Notes under the pieces: model-generated
The model's database searches: none
What the model was told of the DNA's origin: nothing
Seen by the model: only the letters and a program-made list of their open reading frames with translations
Shown: positions 49,210 through 61,268 of the stretch, one piece after another
Layout of the letters: each line of letters begins with the position of its first letter
Numbering within the stretch: position 1 is the stretch's first letter
Assembly (NCBI GenBank): GCA_964016885.1
Contig: OZ024749.1
Span: 1,116,001-1,180,000, forward strand
DNA: 64,000 bases
Reading direction: 5' to 3'
Origin: Eledone cirrhosa
Lineage: Eukaryota
Position numbers and translations under genes: made by a program

Positions 49210-51550
49210 TCATTTTACGCCCACTTTTCCCTGCTTGCAAGGGTGGGATGGGTCCTATTCATCACAGCATCTCTCCACTTGTCACGGTCCTTCGTCATCT
49301 CCTCTGTGACCCTTTCTCTAATCAGTTGCGCTAATATTCTCTCTGCTACTTTCATAACCTGATCCATCAGCTTTATGCCCCTATAATTGCTCCTCTCCAG
49401 AGCATCCCCTTTACCTTTGTAGCAATTTATGAGAATACTGCTGCACCAGTCTTTGGGTATGACACCACCATATATAGTCTGATTGATGATGCGTGCTACC
49501 TGTTTAGTGCCTACATCCCTTGATGCCTTCAGCATCTCTGCAACTATCCCCGACGGTCCAGCAGCCTTACCATTCTTCATTTCCTTAATTGCCTCTTGGA
49601 CCCTATATTCGTCAATCTCAATAGCTGGTCCCTCTGTCAGATCTACTGAGGGTAATTTCTCTCTCTCCCATTCATTCTCCGCATTCATCAGTCACACATA
49701 ATGACATTTCCAGTCCTCCTTTTTCTGAACATTCGTGACACTAAGTACACCAGCATCATTCCGGACACATTTATCTCCAACAACATCCTGATTTGCATTG
49801 ACACACTGACTTGCAATGCGGAACACCACTCGTCTCTGATCTTCCCATCGCAGAACATTGGCAAACCTCCTACTCTCAGCCTCCCTGTGTGCTAAGTACA
49901 CCTGATGTCTAGCTTCTCTCTTAGCAACTGTACATCCTTCTCTACTCCCACCCTTTTTCCAAGCCTTCCATGCTAGTCTTTTGTCTCTAATGGCCTTATC
50001 TACTGTGCTGTTCCACCACCAGGTCAGTCTGTTTGGTTGGAGCTATGCTCCAGCCACAAGTTTCATCAGTAGCCTGCAGTAAGTTGTCACGTAAGAAATT
50101 CCAGTTATTATCCATGTCATACAACTCTAAATCGTCTTCTTTTTCGTCACACACATCTTGAAGGGCTTTGCTAAATTTATATTTTAGTGAAAGGTCTTTT
50201 AGTTTCCAGACCTTTCTTTTCCACACCTTCCTGTATGTCTCATTCTGTCTCTTGCTTACTGAGATGTCACTAATGATTAACCTATGCTGTAGGGTATATT
50301 ATTCCCCAGGGTATGCCTTCGGCACCATCTGTCTGTCTCGCTGCCTAACTAGCAAGAAGTCAATCTGGCTTATGTGCTCGCCTGATTTGTAGGTTATGTG
50401 CTCGCCTGATTTGTAGGTTTCTTGAAGTTAGTGTTGCAAATGGTTAGTGCACTTGCATCACAAAATTCAAGAAGCCTCACTCCTTCATTTCTTGAGCCAT
50501 AACCGTGCCCACCATGTACCCCAGTGTATCCATCCTGGAGCTGCCCAAGATGACCATTGAAGTCCCCTGCTAGCATAACGATGTCTCCGTCCTCTGTCAT
50601 TGTGGCTGTTTCTGAAAGTTGCTCGTAAAAGCAGTCTTTCTCTTCTTTACCTAGGCCTGCTTGGGGAGCATAGGCAGAGATGATTGTCAGTAGTCTCCTG
50701 CCTACAACTAATCTAAGCTTAATTATTCGATTACTAACTCGAACTAACTCTATTGTCTTATTGATCCATCTCTCAGCCAGGAAAATACCTACTCCCCCTA
50801 ACCCATCATCCTTACCTACCCAGAAAAACTTATAGCTAAGATGTTTGCCTGCGACTAGTCTCACAGAGGCACCTCTCCATCTCACCTCTTGCAGACAGTA
50901 CATATCCACATGCCTTCTCTCCAGCATCTCCGCTATTTCAGCAGATCTACTCCTGAGAGTGCCAACATTAAGTGTTGCAACTCTGAGATGCGGTGTCTTC
51001 ATATTCTTGTTCTGTGATTGCTTGATGACGGTCGGGGGTTCTTGCACATGGTCTCACCAGCCACCCCACTACCATGCACAGCCCTAACATGGTTAGTGTT
51101 ATTGATGTTGATGCAGTTGTTTCAATTCTCAGTTGTGCTCGTAATTTTTGGCAGTAGTATATATACTGGTTGGATGCCCTTCCTGACACCAGTGCCACTT
51201 TACAGCATGGACTGGGTGCTTTTATTCGTGCCACCAGCACTAGAGAGGTCGTCTTACTGGACTCAGGGGTCCTTTCCACCCTTCCATTTTACAACATGGA
51301 CTGGGTACTTTTATTCGTGCCACCAGCACTATAGAGATTGTCTTACTGGACTTCTCTACCCCACACCAATTTATTCGGAGTGGTAGCTCTCCTAGACGGG
51401 TTGCCTAATCTACGGCTTATGGAGCCTCTGTCCACCCCGTGTCTGCACTGAGCGGAACTTGGTTTAACGTGCTATGTGCCAGGCATGCATACCGGAAGGT
51501 GATAAATGTAGGACGGGTGGATGGGATGAAAATGGCGATTTCCTAGCCTC
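49210..51550 (-). mobile_element. RTE family 1 copy retaining 5' UTR, EN, linker and 3' tail but lacking the RT core
   Basis: ORF 50394-51047 is an APE endonuclease (ATLNVGT, LQEVRW, SAYAPQ, GDFNGH). ORF 49215-49688 jumps from AQLIRERV to the terminal EEMTKDRDKWRDAV. The 5' UTR carries ggcaacccgtctaggagag. Frameshifts are present. Confidence 0.9.
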
Positions 51551-52459
51551 TTATTTCAAACACGGCTATACGATATGATCAAATTTCCGTTACGAATATA
51601 TGCATGTACACAACACGCATATATATATTAACAGCTATATAAATACAAACAGACATTAGTACATATATCTATATCTATATATAAACATCAAAAGAAGGAA
51701 ATTGACAATTTTTCAACTTATCTTATTCTATCTGTGTCAAATATATTGTGGAAGATGGACGTTAAACGATGATGATATATAAATATACGAGATGGTATCA
51801 ATTTGGCAGAAGAAAGCACTAGTTTGGGGACCACAGATACCATAGGTTTCAACAGTAACTGGTGTGAAATATACTCTCTGTTAATGACTAGTATTAAATA
51901 TCTTGTGTTGGCATATGGCTAGATTTTCATACTAGACTTTGAAATATATCAATAGTTTCAACTAGAATATGACTAATTTTACACAATCCTATAACAACAT
52001 AAGCCAGTATGAATAGATCTATCTATAACTATTTCATTTTCTTTACATTTGAACCACACAAATGCTGAAATAGCTTTCAAATACATTAAAGTATAAACAA
52101 ATATATAATTACTAAAACAAAATTAGAGACTGTAAAGATACAATCTTTGTGAAAACACTTGGCTTAGAAAATAAATAATTCAGAGCCAGCATCTGCATGG
52201 AAAACAGTAGCCTTGGTGATAATTTCTATAATAATAGTATTGCATGTTTTCTCTGTCACATAAACATTATAGACTCACAAAAATATTTTAAAGAGTTTCA
52301 TTTAAAATTCACAGAACACAAATGTTAGACAAATAAAAAGAGAGGCCAGCAACTAAAATGTTTTCATTCATTACAGAAATCAGCATTCTCTGTCAATGGT
52401 GTTCTCTGTGTGTGTGTGTATACATATATGCACATATATACATACACATAAGCAAGTAT

Positions 52460-52770
52460 GCATGGTCCCATAACTCATGAGGGGTGATAGGGACACCGTA
52501 TTACAGAGTTTCTAGGGCAGTTTTAAACCTGGCAGAGCCCAATCCTCTCCAGGTCTGAATGCAGCAGATTTATTCCAGAGAAGGAGAGAGTGGAAGAATG
52601 AGATATAGAGGAAGAATTGACCCCAATACTAAACTGGTACTTTTTTTTTATTGACCTCGAATGGATGAAAAGCAAAGCTGACCTCAGCATGATTTGAACC
52701 CAGAGAGCAGAAAGTCAAAACGAATACCACAAAGCATTTTATCTGACATTCTAATGACTGCCAATTCACA
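52460..52770 (-). mobile_element. SINE family A-headed element with a long alternative tail
   Basis: Family A-like head and core at 52620-52770; the body is shared with 13690-14481 and 53650-53945. Confidence 0.7.
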
Positions 52771-52817
52771 CATATACATATGTAAATATACATACATATA
52801 TACATAAATATACATAC

Positions 52818-53617
52818 ATGAATTCTATAAAATGTACGCAATGCAGATCTTGGGTACACAAGAGGTTTAGTGGGATAGCAGGCAAACTAACAGATAGGGA
52901 AAACTACGTATGCAGTAGCTATACAGGGAAAGTTGGCAGTATTAATTGCAGTGATAGACACATTTTTCCAATGCAGGTGGGTGCTATAGAAGTGGTTGAT
53001 AGCTTCCGGCACCTAGGTGATCAGATTAGCATGGGAGGGGGGGGGGGTGTTCCAGGGCCATAGTATCTAGAATAAGGATGGGTTGGAAGAAGTTCAGGGA
53101 GCTGCTTTCTTTGTTGACAAAGAAGGGTTTCTCCCTACGTATATGATGCCTGCGTGAGATGCGCGATGCTGCATGGTAGTGAGACATGGGCAGCAACTAT
53201 AGAAGATATGCGACGGCTGGAGAGAAATGAAGCAAGTATGCTCCGTTGGATGTGCAATGTCAATGTGCGTGGATGACTAAGCATAGATGAGTTGAGAGAG
53301 AAACTGTGTATAAGAGGGATAAGTTGTGGTGTGCGGGAGAGAAGACTGCGATGGTATGGACATATGGTGCACATGGAGGATGACCGCTGGGTAAAGAAGT
53401 GCCAAGAAATGCCAGTAGAAGCAAGACGCAGTAGAGGAAGACCACGAAAAACATGGGTGGAGGTGGTGAGAGCAGACCTCAGATCGCTGAAGCTTGTGGA
53501 GGAGATGACGAAGAATCGTGACAAGTGGAGAGATGCTGTGCTGAATAGGACCCATCCCACCCTTGCAAGCAGGGAAAAGCGGACTTAAAATGATAATGAT
53601 GATGATGATGATGATGA
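52818..53617 (+). mobile_element. 5'-truncated RTE family 1 copy starting inside the PHD-like finger
   Basis: NSIKCTQCRSWVHKRFSGIAG...YVCSSY...IEVVDSFRHLGD, then RRLRWYGHMVHM...THPTLASREKRT* and (GAT)n. Frameshifted. Confidence 0.92.
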
Positions 53618-53712
53618 CATATAGTATACATACACACCTATATATATGTATGGGCCCATACCTCTCGAAGTCATAGAGGCACTGCAGTGACAGTACTTCT
53701 TGGGAATTTTAA

Positions 53713-53915
53713 CCCTTTAGCATTCACATTACCATTATATTTTCATGGTAAAGGCTTTATCTCACGTAATATGGAATCTACGAGATTTTGATGATGATAT
53801 TATTTATTTTGAGAACAACACCTTAACATCAGTATGAGTGGGCGGTTATGGCTGGTTTGAACAGAAAGAGGTGAGAGAATTCTGGCTGGATATGGCCAGT
53901 TTAAATGATAAAGGG
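53713..53915. mobile_element. piggyBac-type MITE nested in a SINE body
   Basis: TTAA|CCCTTTAGCATTCA ... AAATGATAAAGGG|TTAA. The flanks rejoin to ttttaaacct as at 52521-52530. Confidence 0.88.
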
Positions 53916-54629
53916 TTAAACCTAGCGGAGCCCGTCTCCTCTCCATATATTATACACACAAGCACACAAACTCTTATACCTAATCCACTAACATAGCTTT
54001 ATTAAAGTTTAGTAAAGAAATGAAATATTGTGTGTTCCAACCATAAAACAATGGCTTATGTACTGAGAAAATAGTCTAGGAAACAACAACAAACACGTTC
54101 CTGTATGTGTATGTGTTGTTTCTTATGCATCTTGTCTATACACATATACATGCACACATAGATACACACACACATGCACACAATTTTCTCTTAATCAGCT
54201 CCCAACAAATAGCATGGTATAAAAGTCTAGCTCGTATGAGAAGTTGTTTGATAGAGAATCTGGCTACATAACTTCTCCAGCAGGTCTGGTTTCCTCTTCA
54301 GTTACTTCATTGCCCCACCCACACAACAAGATTCTTTCTGAACCGTACATTCTTTCACAGCTGCACTTTAAACATTCATTCAAGACTGTGAGTGAAAGCT
54401 ATTTAACACTGTATTACCAATTACATTAGATGATGCATTTCTCTTCTATACACTTCCAGAAGGCTCAGCTAGATCATCAAAATACTTTCAAACTCATTAC
54501 CATCTAGAAATTGTTTGATGGTCAGTAAAGAGAAAATGAAAACAAATTGGAGATGAGATCAGTTACATAACCCTAGCTCAATATGAAACTTTTTCCTTGT
54601 CTGAATACTTCCCTGATTATACAATACAA

Positions 54630-54830
54630 AGCTTTATATATACTATTGTATTTTCGCGGTAAAGGCTTTTCTTCACATAATTATCTCACATAATATCGAA
54701 TCTCTGAGATTTTGATATTTATTTTGAGAACAATACCTTAACATCAGTATGAGTGACCAGCTATGGCCGGTTTGAACAGAAAGAGGTGAGAGAATTATGG
54801 CCGGTTATGACTGGTTAGAATGCTAAAGGG
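54630..54830. mobile_element. piggyBac-type MITE with one end lost
   Basis: Ends AATGCTAAAGGG|TTAA; the internal sequence matches the other copies. Confidence 0.8.
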
Positions 54831-56984
54831 TTAAAGTTTTTTGTTTTTTTTTTAATCAAAGACACTTCTATAATGTCAATTCTCTCTCTCTCTCTTCCCC
54901 TCGAAGAATTTATCTGCAATCGGGTTTAACTACTCAAGATATACACTGTGTCTTGATGGTGCCACTATAACTCCATCAGCAGTTAAGGGCAAAATGGTTG
55001 AAAACTCAAAAAGTAAAAAGCTGTAATAAATACTGCAAAACATTTTGACCAATGCTCTACCAATTTACCATACAAAATTAATAATGTAAAGAATAGACAT
55101 TTACAGTGTATGCAGGTTTATCTGGCCTCCTACGATATTGCATCTCATAGGAGGTTTCTTGGCTATTTTAATGATACCCCATAGTCTTATGAAAAGCAAC
55201 ATAAAATCAAGAGTCTTGTTCAAGAACACCACATGCTGCCCTGTTCACAAACTGAACCCATAACCTTATAATCATGTAGCCAACCCCAACCACCAGACCA
55301 CCTGGTCTAGAAATCAAAGCCCTAATCATGTAGCCAACACCCTAATACATGTTTTCACAAAGAATTAATAAAAACAAAATAGAACTATAAATCATTTCAA
55401 ACTTAATCATGTCGTAAATCATAGGAAAGAATTCTTTATTACCAGACTTTCTAATCAATAACATCACCTTCGATCAATTTCCTTTCTAGTATTTTTCCTC
55501 TTCAGTTTTCTCAAATACATCAGAAGAGAAGGAAAACTGAAGAGAAACTGCCAGATATATTCATAATATCTGAAATACTATCTTTCCATTCAAGGGAGGT
55601 AAATCCACAATCTAGCGTGCAATGTGTTGCAATTCATTCTTTACCTCCAACCCTGTTGCTACGGCCACAAACCTAGACACTGCTACCCGCAACACAGAGG
55701 AGAGAAAGATAAACACAGGGACTTGACCAACTGCTTCCTTTTCACCAGACCTCGGATGTCCATGGTCCCCACACTACTGATTTCCTTCGTAAAATCTGAA
55801 AGACAACAGCCCACCTGAGGAAGGGATCCCAGTAGTAGGGTGGCTGTTGCAGTGGGCGTCCCTGGCCATTCTGCACAGTGATACCTTTACCATTTTATCC
55901 AGAGAACGCAGCTGGTACACCACTCAGACTGGGATGTACAGCCTGTCCCCCCCCCCCTCTTCCTTTCATTGCTCAATTCCATTTTCATTTGTTACTCTTT
56001 TTCTTTCTTTTTTTATTACCATATATATTGAAGTTTCTTACTACTGGATATTTTGTATTACAATAAATTGTATATCTTAGTGTGATTCAGTTTCAAACCT
56101 AATAAAACCATGCCAGAGAAACTGTATTGGTGTATATCATGTCAATTTAACCCTTTCTTTAGCATATTTCTAACAAAAGACACTGCCAATAATTTTAAGA
56201 ATTTTCAAGTATAATCAAGAATTTGGAAAGGTTTTATTAATATAACTAATGTTCAAATTATTAAGTTAATGTTTGGAGCATAACTTAAAGGTTCTTACAT
56301 AAAATTATGATGAAAGTTTTTTAGATAAATACCAACACCAATGCTTTTGTTTCCATATTTTTAATGAAGGAATGCCTCTGGATTTCAAATAATTTTGAAA
56401 AATATTCAACAACTTGGAGGGATTTAGTAACATAATTTTCTCATTATTAGGCTGTGTTTGAAGCATGATATATCCTTTAATAAAATTATGGTGGAAGGAT
56501 TTTTAGATAAATATACACGCTTTAAAATAAACAGCTGTGTATTGTAGATGGGGCGGGCAGTTTGTTACCAAAAGGATTAAATAGTGTAGAAATAGTTTCT
56601 GTCCTTATTCCAGGCTAGATGTAACAAACACATATTTGGAATACAGTTACTGTATTTGTCTGTGTGATGCCTTTATGAGGAAATCTGCTGGCATCATGTA
56701 CTCTGAGTACATGACCAAGGGATTTGCACCTAGAAAGTTCCACTCTGAGGCACAAGTCCGAGCAAAATGTTTTTGTGATCAGCAATTGCCCATTCATGCC
56801 AGTTTCCCCTCTCCACGTTACTAATATTGTCCAACGGTCAATACAGCCTGACACCAGTGATATTCCAACTCATTTCTACAGCTGAGTGAAGTAAAACAAA
56901 GTGTCTTGCTCAAGGACACAATGCATTGCTTGGTCAGGGAATCTAACCCCCGTACTTTCACAAACTCTAAAGGTATGAATATAA

Positions 56985-57200
56985 TAATAATAGTTTCTAA
57001 TTTAAGCACAAGATTAACAATTAGGGGGAGGATGATTAAATCAAACCCAGTACTTCAATGGTACTTAATTTTCTCGACCCAGAAAGGATGAAAGGCATAC
57101 TTGACCTTGGTGGGATTTGAACTCAGAATGTAGAGAGTTGGAAGGAATACCATGGGTAATTTTATCCAATGCTATCATGATTCTGCCAATCCACCACCCT
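56985..57200 (-). mobile_element. Older SINE family A subfamily
   Basis: ggatgaaaggcatacttgaccttggtgggatttgaactcagaa...ctgccaatccaccacc. Confidence 0.75.
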
Positions 57201-57221
57201 TAAAAATATAACAAATGTGGA

Positions 57222-57543
57222 ATGGAAGGCATCCCGTCGGTTATGACGAGCGTTTCAGTTGATCCAATCAACAGTACAGCCTACTCATGAAATTAACGTG
57301 CAAGTGGCTGAGCATTCCACAAACATGCATACCTATAACGTGCTTCTCAGGGAGATTAGGTGTGACACAGAATGTGACAAGGCTGGCCCTTTTGAATTAC
57401 AGGTACAACTCATTTTTGCCAGTGAACTGGAGCAACATGAAATAAAGTGTCTTGCTCAAGGACACAGCATGCCACCAGGAATCAAACTCGTGACCTTACG
57501 ATCATGAGCCAAATTCCCTAACTACAAAGCCATCCTTCTTCAC
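57222..57543 (-). mobile_element. SINE family D (family B head and core, a third body type)
   Basis: The core gaactggagcaacatgaaataaagtgtcttgctcaagg is joined to an unrelated body, which also appears in part at about 17815-17890. Confidence 0.75.
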
Positions 57544-59585
57544 AACAAATGTATTAATATGGCTATATATTTAAATAGGCATGCATAATTTTGTTTATTT
57601 TAATAAATAATATTTAATTTATATTACTCGTTAATTCATACAATAAATTATCGTTAATAGATGTGAGTGAAGGCATTTGTAGATATATGGTAATCACTGT
57701 TTAATGTAGTGCAAAATATCTCTTGAGCTTTGTTCACGTCTGAAACAAGACATTGTTTAAAATATCAGGCTGAAATTTTGTTTAATAAAACTCTTAATTC
57801 TTTTGATACACATTAGCCTAAAACTACCTCTGGTTCTATGAAACAAAACCATTTTAAAGTGTTTCTATTTGAATTAAAGCATTCCAACATCATTTTTATC
57901 CAAGAAGCAATTAGATTGTTTCAAATGCCACTTTAATAATGAAACTATCATCATCATCATTCTTCCACGTTAGCATGGGTTTAGAAACATCGTTATGAAA
58001 GGTTACATACTACTATAACTTTTTTTCCTAAATAATCTTTTTCAAAATGTTTTGAGGAAGGATGAAAGGGACTGAATGAGGAAAGTAGAGGAAAACCATG
58101 AAAGACCTTCAAAATAAGGTTATATCTATACTAGTATATCTTATATCTAAATTTTAAAAATTGCATTTCTCTGGATAAGGAAGACATTTTTTTGTTGTTG
58201 TTCTAGAATACTGATGGAATTAATATTCGCCACAGTGACATAGCTGAATTTTCTGTATACTCTCAAATACCAATATTACATTTTACTGAGCTGTAAATTA
58301 TTCTCAAATATATTTGATTCCAGTCTTATCAAGTCCTTTCATTATAATTCAATATAACTAATATGGCTTCATACTTCTTAGCAGAAATCAAAGAAATGGA
58401 AATTTGCGGTGATCGTTATCTCGGCTTAAGAAATATTTTTTTATTTTTTTAACTGGCCTCATAAATGACTGTTGGATTGCACTTAGAAAGTTCCTCTCCA
58501 AGATAACAGGCTTAGTAAAGTGGTTTTGTTGAAAACCAACAGTTGTTCAAGAATGCCAACAGTCAAAATCTTCTGTATGCTACTGAGGTTTGTACAAGAG
58601 AAATGGCAAAAGCTGATACAGATTCACATCAATCGCTTTCCAACTCAGAAAACAGGAGAAACGGGAAAGTGTCTTGCTTAAAGTCACAATGTGCTGTCTA
58701 ATCCAGGAATTGAACTTATGATCTTCCAATCATGAGCTCAACATTCTAAACTACTAAGCCACATATCTTCAGTAGAATTGTTTGACTCAACATTTATTGA
58801 AATTCTTCTAGAATAACAAACAGAAGAAAGAAGAAAGATTAAAGCAGCTTTAAAAATAAAACTGACTGAAAAGAAATGCTGTAGATTTTCTTTCTCTTTG
58901 TCTGAAAATATTCTAAATCCAGATTTTAGTATTTCTCACTGTTGGTTATGATCAATAACTATTCCACAATACATACATTATTTGTCTACATGTCAGTTAA
59001 AGTTACTAAACAGAGCAGAGTTGGCCATATATCTTTATAACTGCAATGCATACTGAATAGAAAAGGACATGTACAGCCTAATGGTTAGTACATTGACTCA
59101 CAATTGTAAGGTTGTGGGTTTGAGTTCCAGACAGAATGTTGCATTGTGTCCTTCAACAAGACACTCCATTTCACATCGCTCCAGTCCACTCAGCCGAAAA
59201 ACATGTATGCCAGCTGCAGCAACAGTTAGGAATTAACCTTCTCATCCCAGAGGAAGTGTTGTACACAGTTTCTTAAAAGCTCATGAAACCAAGATAATCT
59301 CTGAGCCAGTGAGCTTCTAGACTCAAGAAAGATAAAGTTTTAAAATACCAAATAGAAGGATTACAACATTATTTCAAACCAATAATACAATTACATAGAG
59401 AAACTGTAAAATGTACTATTATATAAAAATTCCAACCAGTTTTTGTTTTTTCTTTCCATGACTTATAAAATAATTGTGTAATCTTTTCTCAATGTGATAG
59501 CAATTAGATAGGTATGTTTGTATTTTTCTTCATATCTCATTAATCAAATTACTTTTCCTTCACTCAGTCCAAGTGGAATTTCTCT

Positions 59586-59782
59586 CAGATTTATCTAGTT
59601 CAACAGCAACCCTATGTCCCAGATTTATCTAGTTCAACAGCAACCCTATGTCCCAGATTTATCTAGTTCAACAGCAACCCTATGTCCCAGATTTATCTAG
59701 TTCAAGAGCAACCCTATGTCTCAGATTTATCTAGTTCAAGAGCAACCCTATGTCCCAGATTTATCTAGTTCAAAAGCAACCT
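59586..59782. repeat. 34-bp unit x about 6 (cagatttatctagttcaacagcaaccctatgtcc)
   Basis: Directly visible. Confidence 0.95.
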
Positions 59783-60014
59783 TTTGAAATGTTCTGCTCA
59801 CACCAATGCATGAATAGTTGGCCTCCTATGAGGTTGCATCTCATAGGAAGTTTGCCAAGTGTTTCGATGATAGGGGGCTCCAGTCCTACCATGAAAATCT
59901 ACATGAAATGAAGCATCTAGCTCAACAACACCACATACTGCTCTGTTCAGAAACTGAACCCTCATTCTTATAATCATGTGCCCAACACTAACCCCTAGTC
60001 TTTGCACCTTCACA

Positions 60015-60287
60015 GTAAACTATACGAAGACATTCAATTCTGACAATCTCAACACAGTCCTAGCAACTGTCCCAGGTTTTGTCTAGGACTGGAGTAAACT
60101 ATACAAAGACATCCAATTCCCACCATCTCAACACAGTCCTAGCAACTGTCCCAGGTTTTGTCTAGGACTGGAGTAAACTATACAAAGACATCCAATTCCC
60201 ACCATCTCAACACAGTCCTAGCAACTGTCCCAGGTTTTGTCTAGGACTGGATTAAACTATGCTAAGACATCCAATTCCCACCATCTA
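60015..60287. repeat. 79-bp unit x about 3.5 containing a cagtcctag...ctaggactg hairpin
   Basis: Period 79 (60094 to 60173). Confidence 0.93.
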
Positions 60288-60421
60288 TTCATAAATAAAC
60301 ATGGTTAAATCTTTGTATCTATGAGAAAATATTTAGCCTTAACGTAAAGGAATTTCATGTTTAAAATCCAAGTTAAGAGCTTTAATAAACATTCTCCTCA
60401 TTCAAAAAGGCTTAGTAGGTA

Positions 60422-61056
60422 CTAGCAGAATGGCCCGGTGTTGCTCGGGATTTGCTCTAGGGTTCTTATATATTTAATATATATTTATCCTTATCGAGCC
60501 TCGTGAAATAAATACGTTTGTTTATATTTTGTTATTGTGTATGCAAAAATATCTGTACACGAATATATAATTATATATATATATATAAATAACAAATTAA
60601 AGTTTAAGCAAAGAATCGCTGCTTTCACCCATAACAGGATCTTCTGAAACTAAAAAAAAAAATCAATTTGTGAACGCAGAAGTAAATATTTTGAAAAACG
60701 TTACACTATATATACATATACACACACACACCGCGTCATAATGATGTAATGCAGACAGCCAGGCATACAGACAGATATTATAAGGGCGCAACGTTATATC
60801 TATGTATCTATCTACAAAGAAAGACTAAGAATTATATAGAGAGAGAACGCTAAATCGCCTAATGCGGTCCCTAGGGCATTGGAAATTTGAATTTATTTTT
60901 CTCAAAACACTCACACGACTATAAGTATTACATGTGTAAAGTTTGAAAACAATCGGTTGGGTGGTTCTCGAGTTTTAGTGAGCAGACAGACAGACAGACA
61001 AGCAGACTGGCAGGCAGACAGACAGACAGGCAGGCATTCTGTTTTAGATATATAGA
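60422..61056 (-). mobile_element. Complete non-autonomous Helitron (635 bp)
   Basis: Minus strand reads A|TC...cccgagcaacaccggg hairpin...CTAG|T, inserted in an AT dinucleotide without TSD, with (CTGT)n near the 5' end. Confidence 0.85.
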
Positions 61057-61268
61057 TATTATATTTTTTGTTTCTGTATGGGGGGGGGGGGGGTAGGAGA
61101 AGGAGTAAGAGGGGGAAGTAAGAGGAAGAAGAGGAGGAAGAAGAGGATGAAGATGAAGAGGGGAGTAAGAGGAGGAGTAAGAGAAGGATGAAGGAGAGGC
61201 AGAGGAGGAAGGGGAGAAAGGGGAGGAGGGGAGAAAGAGGAGGGGGAGAATGGCAATGCTAATGAAAT

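Noticed and set aside
51380-51600. HDV-like ribozyme at the RTE 5' end
   Set aside because: Expected for some RTEs, but I could not identify the P3/L3 and J4/2 elements by eye. It needs a structure-descriptor search.
54345-54393. 27-nt plus-strand microexon (ttctttcacag|...|gtgagt)
   Set aside because: Splice-like signals only, expected by chance in 64 kb, with no recognisable peptide or supporting exons.
55806-55847. Second hammerhead (ctgaggaagggatccc)
   Set aside because: No GAAA follows stem II.
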